Assembly (NCBI GenBank): GCA_037379345.1
Contig: CM074514.1
Coordinates: 13,268,001 to 13,332,000, forward strand
DNA from: Perna viridis
Taxonomy: Eukaryota
Direction: 5' to 3'
Length of the DNA: 64,000 nt
The position numbers and the translations under genes were made by a program. This document shows positions 1 to 12,300 of the stretch, in pieces. Every line of letters starts with the position of its first letter. The stretch's first letter is position 1. The notes under the pieces are model-generated. The model did no database searches. It saw only the letters and a list, made by a program, of their open reading frames with translations, and was not told the DNA's origin.

Positions 1-174
1 TATTTTCCTTTCAGTTAAAAAAATTACAAATGTTTGTCATGAAGAATGCTTGATACATGTACCAAACATATACAATGAATATCTTTTAGTCAATATCTTT
101 CAATAACTGATATAGCAACAAATTTAGGGGAAGCTTTTTTACAACAAAAGTGAAGTCCCTGAAGAGCAATTTAG

Positions 175-305
175 TTATTTTGCAGTGTTAAGTTGTGTAT
201 TTTATTTTCTGTGACACATATTTTGCAGTGATAGCTGTGGAGTTGTGTATTTTACTATCTGTGAAACATGTACATTTGTATTTTACAGTAATAGCTGTTG
301 AGTTA
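175..305 (+). repeat. Three imperfect tandem copies (about 45-60 bp) of the splice-acceptor region of the first visible UBE4A exon
   Basis: ttttgcagtg.. (acceptor AG ending 185), ttttgcagtgatagctgtggagttg (AG ending 228), ttttacagtaatagctgttgagtt (AG ending 288). Confidence 0.7.
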
Positions 306-3300
306 AAGAATGATGACTGGAAATCTGTTGCTGAACATAAACTTGAAATCAACAAACTACTGGAAAATGTTTTCTTACTTACTCTTGACAAAGGTAAACT
401 CTTTAAATAGATGATTCACTATTTGTTGTGTAGGCAGCAGTTAATTATTAAATGTTGCCTACATAATAAAAATTTCAAAAATATAATGAAGGTGAAACCT
501 TTTAACACTCCCAAAGAAACATTAATTAAAAACAACTGATAATTTTTGTCCGCTCTGATTTGATATTTTATACTTATAACCTTCAAGTATGGCAAATTTT
601 GTAATGATATATATTTGTCCTAAAGCATTATACTGATTGTTGTGGTCTGATATGTCTATTGGGCGAAATGTCTGGCATTTATAAGGAATTATTGGTTGTC
701 ATAGTCCGAAATGTCTTTGGATCAAATTGTCCGGCACTGGTTAACATTATGGTTCTTATATTTGTGAAACGTCTTCAAAGATTTCTTTTGTTGCATTTAG
801 TTTCGCTTGATTCTGTTCCATTTTGTATGGTTAAATTCTGTTTTTATAACAATTTGATTCATTTGATCGAATTGATTCGTTTCGATTCTTTCTTTAATCG
901 ATTGTTTTCGTTTCGTTTTGGTTCGTTTTTGTTTCACAATTTTTGTGACCCAAGAATTATGGGTAATATTGATTACGTAATTTTCATAAACACCTGGACG
1001 CCATACTGCAGACTATAATGCCAACCCTATCTTGGAAAATCTATGATTCGATTTGTATTTAATTATCGAAACTAGCAAATATTTTCCGAGACTGGTTTGG
1101 CTCTCAATCACACATTTACAAGTATACGCAAATGAAGCTGCCATTATGCTGTTTTTCAGCTCCTGAAAATGCAGGTACAAACCGGATATTGATGTTTTTT
1201 TTGCCATAAGTATACAGAACCAAGTTGATAATACAACCATAAATGCACCCAAAGTATAAATTCAAATATGGAATAAGTCCTGTAATTTTATTCTGGACTT
1301 CTCCTGCCAAAACATGACAATGCTTTCCTCTTTTGATGTGTAAACTTTTTTTGAAGGCTCTGATGATTTGGAGTACATGTATCCATTCCCCAATCATAAA
1401 AGTTGAAATTTATTTTTTAAATCGCAAAAGTTTTTCAGAAAGTCGGTTTAATAAATAGAATTAACAATTAGTTAATTACTTATTGTGGATGACTAAAATA
1501 AAATCACTCCTGTGGAGAACTCTCAGAGATTTAGGTCATGTACATAACTTAATTCAAGGCAAAGTTCTGCACACTCATTAAATCTCAGAGTTCTTCTCAA
1601 TTAAAATTATATTTTAGTTATTCACTCTTTCCAATAAATCTCTTTCCAATAAATTATCTTATTAGTTACTTTTCCCCCTGTTAAACTGGTTATAGCGAAA
1701 TTATGTTTAGGTAGTTTGAAAACTTATAATAGCACTAATTTTTGGTGGAGAGGGAAACTACTGTGTTATCTACATTTTAAACTATTCAATGTCACTGGCA
1801 TTACTAGTAACCCAGCTATTGTATCATATACCATATTGGTACTTATACCAGGTATTAGACTGACATCCTGCTGTATGTAATTATTTAAATAAAGTTTTGG
1901 CCATGCTTTCACTTTCTTTCAAGTAGATCATATACATATTTTTATATTTTTTCTATCTTTACATTTTGATTCATGGAATTGTTGACTCTTTTTAGATCCT
2001 GAGGCTTTTACTGACAGACCAGCACGATGCGTATACATGACAGATTTAGCCAGTTCTGTAGAAGGACAGACATGGCTGGAAATGGAATGCTTAGAGCAGG
2101 TATATGTATGTGACAGTGTTTATAGAATGGAAACTAAGACCCAATTGAAAGAGAGCTACAAAATGTATTCTACTGGCACATTTTCAAATATGATATACTG
2201 CTTAAAGGTCTAGGTCCAGTTGTGATGCCTGTCATCTTAAAATTAGAATTATCATTAAAAACCACAAAATGCTTGTTCTTGTTATTGCTTTGGCCAATAA
2301 GATTGAAGCTTAGAAGTATTTGGTATCTGGTAACAGTATTTATATACTAAATTTAGATTTTTCTTCCAATATAGATAATGATAACATTTTTCTAGTTTTC
2401 ACCGATTTTGCAGTCTCCAAAATTAGGATAAGCCCAGCAGCCAATGCTGGTAAAAGTAGTGACAGGCTTGCAGAAATTTTGCTTCCATGCCAGTGTATCA
2501 TAGAGAAAAATTCTGTTTAGATTAAGGGTAGAGGCCTGTTGTTTGAAATTTAGAGGCAAAGACTGATCTTAGTACTCAGGAAAAATTGCATATGGTTCCA
2601 TTTGTTTTTAAACTTACGAAATCGTATATACAATGTACAAGTATGTTTTTTTTATGACCATATTGAAATTTTTGATTTTGTGCATGAAAAACTTCAGTAC
2701 AATAATTTTTATTGTTTTATTATTTAAATTGATATGAAAATGAAATGACTGTTATTTATGTTTTTTTTTCTCACATATTTTTCCTGTTGGTCTGAAACAT
2801 ATGAAAAACAAAAAAACACAGGGTGCATTTTTTCCTGTATAACCCTTTGTTTCAGCACAAAGTACTAATTATTCAGGACAAAAGAGTCTAAAAACTCTTA
2901 GAACCACAAAACACATTGAAATATATGGTTTATTATAAACAATAATACGAGTAAAGGGGGTTATTTAACCTATCAAATCTATATTCTTTAATTTTTCATT
3001 GATGTTGAACCTAATTTGATGTCAGTATTACATTGTTTCTTATACATGTTTTAGATACCTATGTATTTTTAAAGGAATTTGCTCCAACAACAACTTTTAC
3101 TACTTACAATAGACTGTACTTAATTGCATGGTTCTGTACCAGGTACTGTGCTCGCCTTTAGCCTATATTCTATTGGCCAGTGTCTAGTGAAACAAAATTT
3201 GGCCTAGTTAACTGGGGAGTACGATGTAGTTATCATTGTTAGGGTTATTTGAGTTCTGAATAGTTTTCAGTTGAAAGTCTAGATCCTGGCTTATTTTTAA

Positions 3301-6300
3301 AATTTTCAAGGACAGAATTGCAGGTACATGTACTTGCATGGCAGTTATCTCTATGATTGTAGGCTGTATTTGAAAGGTTATTGATGAAAGACCCTGGGTT
3401 GTTTGTTGTATCATTGACAATAAATAAAAAGGAAGATGCTGAGGCAGCAAGGTTAGCTGGAGAATCACAAGTTTTACATTACCTTTACCAGTGTTACCAG
3501 AGAATACGACACTTGGAAGGAAAGGTGAGGTGTATCACTGAATAACATATATGTTCTACGTGAATGTGATTCAGGATCTAGAGACTATTTCTTTACTCTA
3601 TGTACTTTTGTTTTATGTTTTTTATGAATTCTGATAACACATAGGTTTTATCTATTTATTCATGCAGTAGATGATGAATTGATAGAAATTGGTACTTGCA
3701 ATATTTCTGTACATTTTACAAGCATTTTTGAAATTTACATACTTTCTATAAAGATCTAATTTTATTTATTTTTACACAGTTCCCAAAAATGAAGACTGAA
3801 GTGCAAAAGTGTAAGGCTGTTTTAGTAATGAATGCCAAAACCTGTCTACAACAACCAGATCTGTATGAACAAAACCTCTCTAAACAATTCATAGATATAT
3901 ATCAATCTGAAGATAGTTTCCTCTCTTGTAAGTATTTTTTGGACATTCATGGGATAATTAAGATTCATAATCGAATGAAGATTTACACAAAGGAAGATAG
4001 CTGTTGTCTTTTGACTCCAAAGGGAGATAATCAAGCTTAAGGTCTCACTAACCACTTCCAGGTCAAATGGCCACCCGACTTTGTAGTACCAAAAACACAC
4101 TGAACCTAGACATATGCATTGTTAGTGCATTATTTGTGTGTATTATGATTAAAAGTAGTCAAAATAAAGCTGTGAATGTGTACTTTAAAATCATATATGT
4201 AATTAACTACAAAAGTGTATGAATATTGTTTACGTGTGTGAGTAATTTGCCTCCATGCTGTCAATTAGCAGAACAGGTAAAAATGTGGATTTTCAGTATT
4301 ATTTATTCAAGTAAATTTTATGAAGAATTTCTACAGTCATCGTACCATTAGCATAATGATTTTGGAAGCCTTATTTTCCAAGCTTCGCAATGGTGTGCAA
4401 CTTTAAGATGTCATTTGTCCTGAGAATTCACAGTGAAACTTTGAAAATTACTTTTTTAACATGTAAGGTAATTGAAACGTTAGAAGTGGTTAGTGAGACC
4501 TAAGGCTTTTATGTGATGTAACTTTTAAGCATACAGCATTACAGCTGGACATATTTATATAGAGAAAAGATATGTACAGTTTCAATGATCGATGTTTAAT
4601 TTATACAAAGTTAGATATCAGATCTGTATTCCATTTAATCATCATCATTTTGTGAAAAATGTCATTACATAATGGCATATAATGTACCAGCTTTCTAATT
4701 TTGTATGCAAGTAATTTGTATTCTATACTTACATTACCTCTCTTGTTGAAACCTGCACAGATCACATTAATATAAACCAAGATTCAACACATAATTGAAA
4801 TGTAATTGAAAAGTAATTGGTTAATACAGGCATTTTTGAAGCTGTAACTGATTAAATTATGATTACATTGAATTTCAAAATCTATGAACTTTTACAATAG
4901 AGTTGTTAGGACAGGATTTCTAGAAGAACCATTTAGGGCACATTCATTTTTGCAAACTCTGCAGCTGTGATATTATTTTGATAGCAACCTAGTTCAAGTC
5001 ACTAAAATATATACTGGGTAATGTAAACTAATATTTATTTTCATTTGTTTTTGTTTGTTTCAACCGTAACTCTTTACTTGAAAGTAATCAGGTCATCTTA
5101 TGCATTTCAGCTCACAACTTTAACATTATGTTAGAATTTTTTGACCAAGTAGTGACAGGAATACACCAGAATAAAGAAGATGGTTCCCTGTGTGATGTAT
5201 TTAAACCTGTTTTGGATTCTGTGAAGACCAATATGACCAATGATTCCTCACTAATTAATCCTTCTGTGATAAAGACCATTGATTTTATGTCATTTTTCAC
5301 CAGGAATCCAGCCCTAGCAGAGGTATTCTGCTTCTCTCAGACCTTAGCACATTCATAAAAAAATTACATATACATGTATTTCCTCAAATTTCTACAGTAT
5401 CATCTAGTAGGTTGTTTGTATAGTTGTGTTGTGATTTAGCTTTTTTTTTTAAAATACAGAGATATGTGTATACTTTCTACCTCAATTTGGATCACAGAAT
5501 TTCCAAGATAACATTTTAGGATGAAGTTATAATGCTATTTTGTTTCAGCCCATAAATTCTTCTTATCTTAACTTGCTCAGATCTCACAAATAGATTGCAC
5601 ATAATAAATAAATAAAGTTAGGGAAATTTCAATTTAAACTTCAAACTTTAAACTTTAAATTTAAACCATTTTAAATCAGACCCTATTTGAAAACAGATAT
5701 TAATAGGTATCATAATGAGTGAAAGTTGAATGTTATGAATTATCAACTCAAGTTGTTTAATTTCAACATCATAACAAGCGAGCCTTGGTGAGTTAGTTAT
5801 GATCTTGAAGTTAAATAACACAAGTTGACATTTTGCAATATTCCAATTTTACAAATTATGAAACCTTTTTCTCTATGATCCTCTGGAATATTTAGCTGTT
5901 GACACTGAATATATGCCATTGTGGAAATTTTGATGATTCTCCATCACCAGTTGTTACTGGAGAACAATGTAAGGAACGTCACAACATTGCTTTTGACCAA
6001 TCAGGTTTTGTAGAGAATGATACACATCCACTCAACAACAAATCACAATGGCGAATTTTTCATATCACATTGTCTTATGATGTGATATCAAAAATATCTA
6101 GTCGTCCAAGAAGTAGATAAAATGACCAAATCATAGAGAACATATACCGGTAGTTTTACTGACTTATAGTGATGAAATTTTAATTAATCTTCTCATAGAA
6201 GTTTTTTTGCTGTATTTTGATGACAACATTTGTTCAGAAGTGGTTCCACAAATTATCTTCTGTTTAAGATTACAATTTATGTTTGCAGATTTACAAGATT

Positions 6301-9300
6301 TTTCAAAAGACAATTAGTTTAACTGCTGCATTACTTGATAACAAATAAATTCACTTTAAATCATATTTGTAGGTGTTAATAGATCACAGTGCACCCAGGG
6401 ACTGGAACAAAGGGAAGACCTATGAACATACCTTACTGGGTTCTCTATTTTGCTTTAGTTCTATTCCTAGACACGAGGCTGGCCCATGTGAATTCTTCAC
6501 AGATCCATCCACAAAAACACAACGTGACTTGGAGGCAATAGAAAATAGCATACACCAGGTTAGGCCAAGTACATATGTACTCATTAATCAACTGTGGATA
6601 GGTATTTTTTCAAAAAGACAAATCCTTTGCATTGGGGGGGACATGTTTGCATTAAGTCATTTACATTTGAAAAAGTTTTTGTAGTACATGAATTTTATAG
6701 TTATTGTTAACAATCCGTTTGCTCAACAGGTCCACCATGCATTCCAACTTGTCACCTTCTTCCTATGTATATTGGATTTGATGAGTGCATATGAATGGAT
6801 GATTATCTCCACCCACATGCTACAATGATTGGCCTAGCTTATGCATGTTGTAACAAATGTAATTAGATTCAGTCCCTCAAATTTATGTATTTCAATACTT
6901 TTTAAAATATGATTTCATTTATACTGTGTATTGATAGTAAAGTATATATTTTTTCTCAGAAATGCTGTCTGTTATTTTTCCTCTCCCAAAACAAAAAACT
7001 GAAACTGGCAAGGAAGCTTGCTTTATTGTCAAAGTATTGTGTATTATTACATTACATGTATTTCTTGAATACAGCCAATAACCAGGATAGGAGATAGAGT
7101 CCATGCCTTTGTCCTGAGTTTACTGAAGTCCTCGTCTGTCGTGAAACATAAGGCCCTACTATGGATTGGCAGATGTATCTCTGCAAATGCAGGTTTGTTA
7201 ATAAACATACTCTCTAGATTGTTCGGAAGGCTAAATGGCTGATATTTTATTTTAAAAAAGGGATCCATAGAGACTTAATTTTCATGCAATAATTTTAGTT
7301 GTGGTTGACTAATTGTTATGAAATTCTGATATGATTTTACTGACCGCTAAATGAAGGTCCCTATTTAATATGGAGTTTATAGCCCGTACCATTTTAGAAA
7401 AGGGGCCAAAAAGGGTAAAAGAAGTTGTTTGATTAAAACCCATGTAGAATGCTTGTTTTCTTCTGATTTTTACAATTCCTGTTTTATTGGTTCACTTGGC
7501 TGTAGGCCATTTGAGCTATTGCCATCACTTGGCATCTGTGGTTGTCGTTAACAATTTTTCAAACATCTTCTCCTCTGAAATTACTCAATGGATTTTAATG
7601 AAACTTAGCTTGATTGTTTCTTAGGGTATCCTGCACAAAATGACCATTTGGATTTTTATTTGTCAAAAAATATGGCTTCAGTTACTAAAATTAGAGCATG
7701 TTGGTCAGACAGCAGTTTTCTCATTTACAGTCGAAACACAATGTGTTGAACTCGGATTAGTCGAAATCTCAGATAACTCGAACTAATAACAAAGTCTGAG
7801 CAAAACTCCCCTTACTCCTATACAATTTTACTTCGGATGACTCAAACTCAGATGAATCGAAACTTCCGATAACTCGAGGTAATCAATCAGTCCCCTCGAT
7901 AGGACTTTGAGGTTAATTAACCCTGATGTCTGGAAGTCAACTAATTAGTCCGAAAACTGATTGCTTTATTTTTAACCATGATCGAAGTGTGTATTAACAA
8001 CAATTAGTGAGGCTTTAAAATTAATTTGTTGACACTCATTAAAGCTTGATTTGTGTATTTAGTTAATTCAAAATTGCACGTGTAGTGGAAAGAAACAAAT
8101 TTTATTAATTACATGTCGGAATTCTTATTTACAGTGATATCGGGTGGTTTTATATTTTGATATATTTTTTTTTTAAATACGGATGAATTGTAATGGTATC
8201 TATCTAGTGACTATTTAATGAAACATCAAACAGACGATAGTAAGTGTATTTCAGTGACTACATTCGTTTCACTAGTGAATTTGAAATTTTATGATAAAAA
8301 TGTAGAGCACGTGGTTTGATGATTTTCCTGATTGTGAGTCAAACAAAGCAGTATGTTATGAACTATGACATTTTCAATGTAGAAAAAAATAAAAACAAAT
8401 TTCACTAAAGCACTCAGTGCTGTTCAGTATTTCAAACATGATATACAACATACAAAAAAACTTCTGATATGAAACGCAAGATATTACGAAGTACTGTGTA
8501 AAGTGAAGTACATGTACATGGCCACTATTACTAAGAAGAGAACATAGGGGTCAGACAGAGGTTTTTACATATATCTCTTAAACCATTTGGTTTATCAAAA
8601 TTCTGACCTGGCTAATAGTGTTCAGCATGATGAGATCTATCTGTGGTCAAATTTTTGTGTTAATCTGTTAAGCAATATTGAAGTTATTGCTGTCTTTTTG
8701 CAATTTTTTATGTTATTACTTTAAAAAATTTTCTTCTCAGAAACTACTGGACAGAAAATTGATTTGATTGTTCCTTTTGTATGAACTGTAGGAATTTTTA
8801 TCCAAGAAAAAAAACAGAATTTGGTTATCAAGCCAGGTGAGCAATTATGGCTCTTTAGTACCTCTAGTTGACTACCATTATTCGTTTTACTATTCCATTA
8901 TCAGTTAAATAATTTTGTTATTACTCATTATTTGCAGAAAGAATGCAAACATTCCTTAAATTAACTAAAGAAAATAAAAAATGACAGACAAATGAAGTAG
9001 TCAATATGAAATTTTGGGCTTTTAGTTCAATGAAAAACAATTCTTCGTATTTCAGGCAAATCTAAGATATGGTCAGCCCAGATGCCTCAACTATTTAATC
9101 AGATGTATGCATATGATGGATTTTGTTTGAACTTATGTTATGTAATGCTTAAATTGTGTCTACCATTCTCTGAACCACAATGTGATAAACTATTAAAAGT
9201 ACAACCAACATATTGTTCTGTGGAAGTACAAGACAATGATAAAAGCCTTCTGAAAAATGTACATGCTTTTGGTAAGTGTTTGTGTCTGAGAGATGGTTCA

Positions 9301-12300
9301 TCATGAAAACAACAAATTAAAACAAAATAATGAATTGTATCAATACAGTTCTTACATACTAGGGTTTGGGGGGCATGTTATTATATGGGACTGGGATTAT
9401 GTTACAGCCTTTAGCTAATTTCAGTTGTATTTTCTGATGTAGCTTTTTATTTTTTTTAATCTAAGACCATATACCTGAAATAGTTGGAATGCCGTTCCAA
9501 CACTTTATTATTAGGGAAAAGAATCTAAGTGTAAATTCAGTAAATTCTATTTTAAATGATCTTTTTAAGGAAATTAAATAACAGAATTTATGTTCCACAA
9601 AGTTTGATGCATGTGATATATGACAAAATAGTATGAATTTAAAGATTTGTTTTCTTCTTTAGGCTTAAATAAAGAAACCTGTTTAATAACATTGGAAGAA
9701 AACAACAGAGTTGAACAGCTAAATACATACAATTTTATATCAGAGTGTTTTTTCCTAACTCATCAATGTTTGAATATGGGATTTAAACCATTACATGAAA
9801 AGTTTATGAAATTGAATCAAAGTTTAGGAAGAATTCAGCGACTGTACAATGAGGCTAGGGGTCAGGGTGGTAATGATTCTATGGAACCAGTCCGGCAACT
9901 CAAAACCAAAATGGAGGAAGGTAGGGATGATATTGACAAGTATGTTCTATGATGAACTTTATTTCTTTTCTATTTAAAATAAAACTTAGTATAAAATGTT
10001 AAATTTAAGTACTAATAAAATATTCTGCTGATTTATTTTGTAAGCACAAACTCCTCTGAGACAGTTCAATTATTTTTTATGTAACTTAATAGATTTTACA
10101 GGTATAGTATTGTAGGCAGGGTCATCATTTTGTAAGGTCACTCCCAGCTTTAGTGTGAAATTTTATTTAATAACTTTCTTTCTTTATGCAGTTATATGTG
10201 AAGCAAAATTATCACTAGTCATCTCTATAATAATATCTAGTGTCAAGTAAAAACAAAAAGTTATTGAACAATTTATGTAAATTTATTAAACACATTTACT
10301 TTGTCACAGTTTTGTACATATTGTAAATAGTTGTGTTATTTCATGAATGTGTATAGATATATATAAGGGTCTAATTCCCAACGATGTTAGAACTGTCAAA
10401 TTTGCGAAGCAAATTTTTGTCGTTCCCTCCGTGGGACTCGAACTCGTACCGCTGTGACATCTATGCCAACACCTCCTGCACTAAGTCCAGCGCCCTAGAC
10501 CACTCGACCAACTAGGCTATATAAAATATAGCTTTCGCTGGCCGGGTCATTCCTCCTCATAGGATTAATCTAGGGCTGTAACTTAGTACACGATGTATCG
10601 TGTATCTAACATCGTTGGGAATTTTTCAGACCCTTCTATAAGTTTACGTTATCTTCCCTGTATCAATTTGATCCGATGGAGCAGTGTAGAGAATAGAGTC
10701 ATCACATTCTGAGACGTTGTATATATATATATATATATATATATATTAATTATGTTTGTACACTTTTATCAGCAAAGGGGAATGATATTGTAGTTATTTA
10801 TGATTTCTTACTAATATGTTCTGTATTATATAGATTTTATATAATTCTGTTGTATAAAAAATGTAATTGTTCATTTTACTTCAATATTTCGATTAATCAT
10901 TGTTATCTCCATTATTAATGTACAATTACATGTCCCTTTTAGGTATGACGATATATCTCAGTATTAGAGCAGCTTTAACAGAACCAAAGTTATTAGAAAT
11001 GACACTCAATTTTCACATAGCAACAGCAACATGGCTGTCTCTGGTTGCTGTGAATGATAACCCACAATGCTTTGCTGACGTTCAACTTCCCCTTCCTGTT
11101 CAGGCACCAGGGTGTCTTGCATGCATTCCAGAATTTATTATGGGAAATATTACGGACTTTACTCAGTTCCTTCACAGATTTAAAGACCAAGTTTTTGAGG
11201 TAAATTTACAATTCTCTTTCTTTTTACTCTCTGGATTTGTTGTTCAGAACTGCATTGTGTATGTTGTGTTGTGTTTATGCATGAAATAAAATAAAGGTCC
11301 AAGTTATTTGTGACAGTTTCTTGAGAAAAACCTAGTTTTCAATATTCAGTTGTTTAGTTCCTATTTGTTTACAAAAGGTATGAATGGAGTATATTTAAGC
11401 TTTTATGTATTGTTCCCATAAATCTGTTTAAGTTTGCTGGTGAGAAGCTGAGTCATTTTATGACGTTAATACTGGTGTACATGGGGAACCCAGATAGAAT
11501 GAAAAACCCACATTTGAGGGCAGAATTGGCTGAAACTTTATCAATGTTACTACCTAATGACCAGGAACAGAGTAGAGCTTTGATGTCGAGGTAAATTATA
11601 GATAGTGGACAAATCAGTGGAAAGAATAAAAATATAATTGTCATGTATGCAGGTCTCATGTCCTGTTAAGTTTAAACACATCACACCTATTGACCTTAGC
11701 CTTCCTTTTATTGGATAGTATTAACTGATGAGTGATGTTTTACTTTGTTATGACAAGCTGATGCAGTCTCCTTTTGCTGAACCCCAACTCCTTGATTGTC
11801 AAGTTGACTGTGATTTGATTAGGTATTCTTAATTTGGGAATCATATGCAATCTTTGTAGCTGTAATGTTCTTCATTCTGTTTTCTATCACAGGTATTATA
11901 AAGGTCAATTATTTGTACAGCATCCATTGATAAACCATCTAGCAGAGAAGATTATACATGTATTTGTCAGTATAGAAATGACTGGTCAGAGTGTACAGTT
12001 TGAACAGAAGTTTAACTATAGACGACCAATGTACCAAGTAATGGAACATATCTGGGAGATAAATTCTCATAAAAATGCTATTAAAGTAGGTAGATAGTGG
12101 GCAGTTATGTCTGTATTTAAGTAGATTTTTAAACCCTAGCTTGATGAGAGTTTGCGGTATAAAGTGATCATCACATCCTGCCCTCTGTCATATTTTTGAT
12201 TTTCTGATGGTGCGAAAGGTTCGCCTAACCAAATATTTTTTTGCATAGTGTCATGGATCTATTTTTTCTTAAATACAAGCCAAGTTGAATTACTTTATTT

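Larger units (their letters stand above)
10362..10746 (-). mobile_element. Inverted-repeat-bounded element carrying a tRNA-derived cassette, between TA runs
   Basis: 19-bp perfect IR AATTCCCAACGATGTTAGA (10373-10391 / 10605-10623), extendable with gaps to 10362/10640. Internal tRNA-like sequence; (TA)n at about 10352-10365 and 10720-10746. Confidence 0.65.

Noticed and set aside
10422-10517. Functional tRNA-Leu gene
   Set aside because: Acceptor stem (GCCTAGT vs GGAGGGA) and T stem do not pair; only promoter boxes remain.
11200-11432. U12-type or non-canonical intron (AAG acceptor; also at 40894)
   Set aside because: Donors are ordinary GTAAAT/GTAAGT, not GTATCCTT; AAG acceptors are uncommon but canonical.
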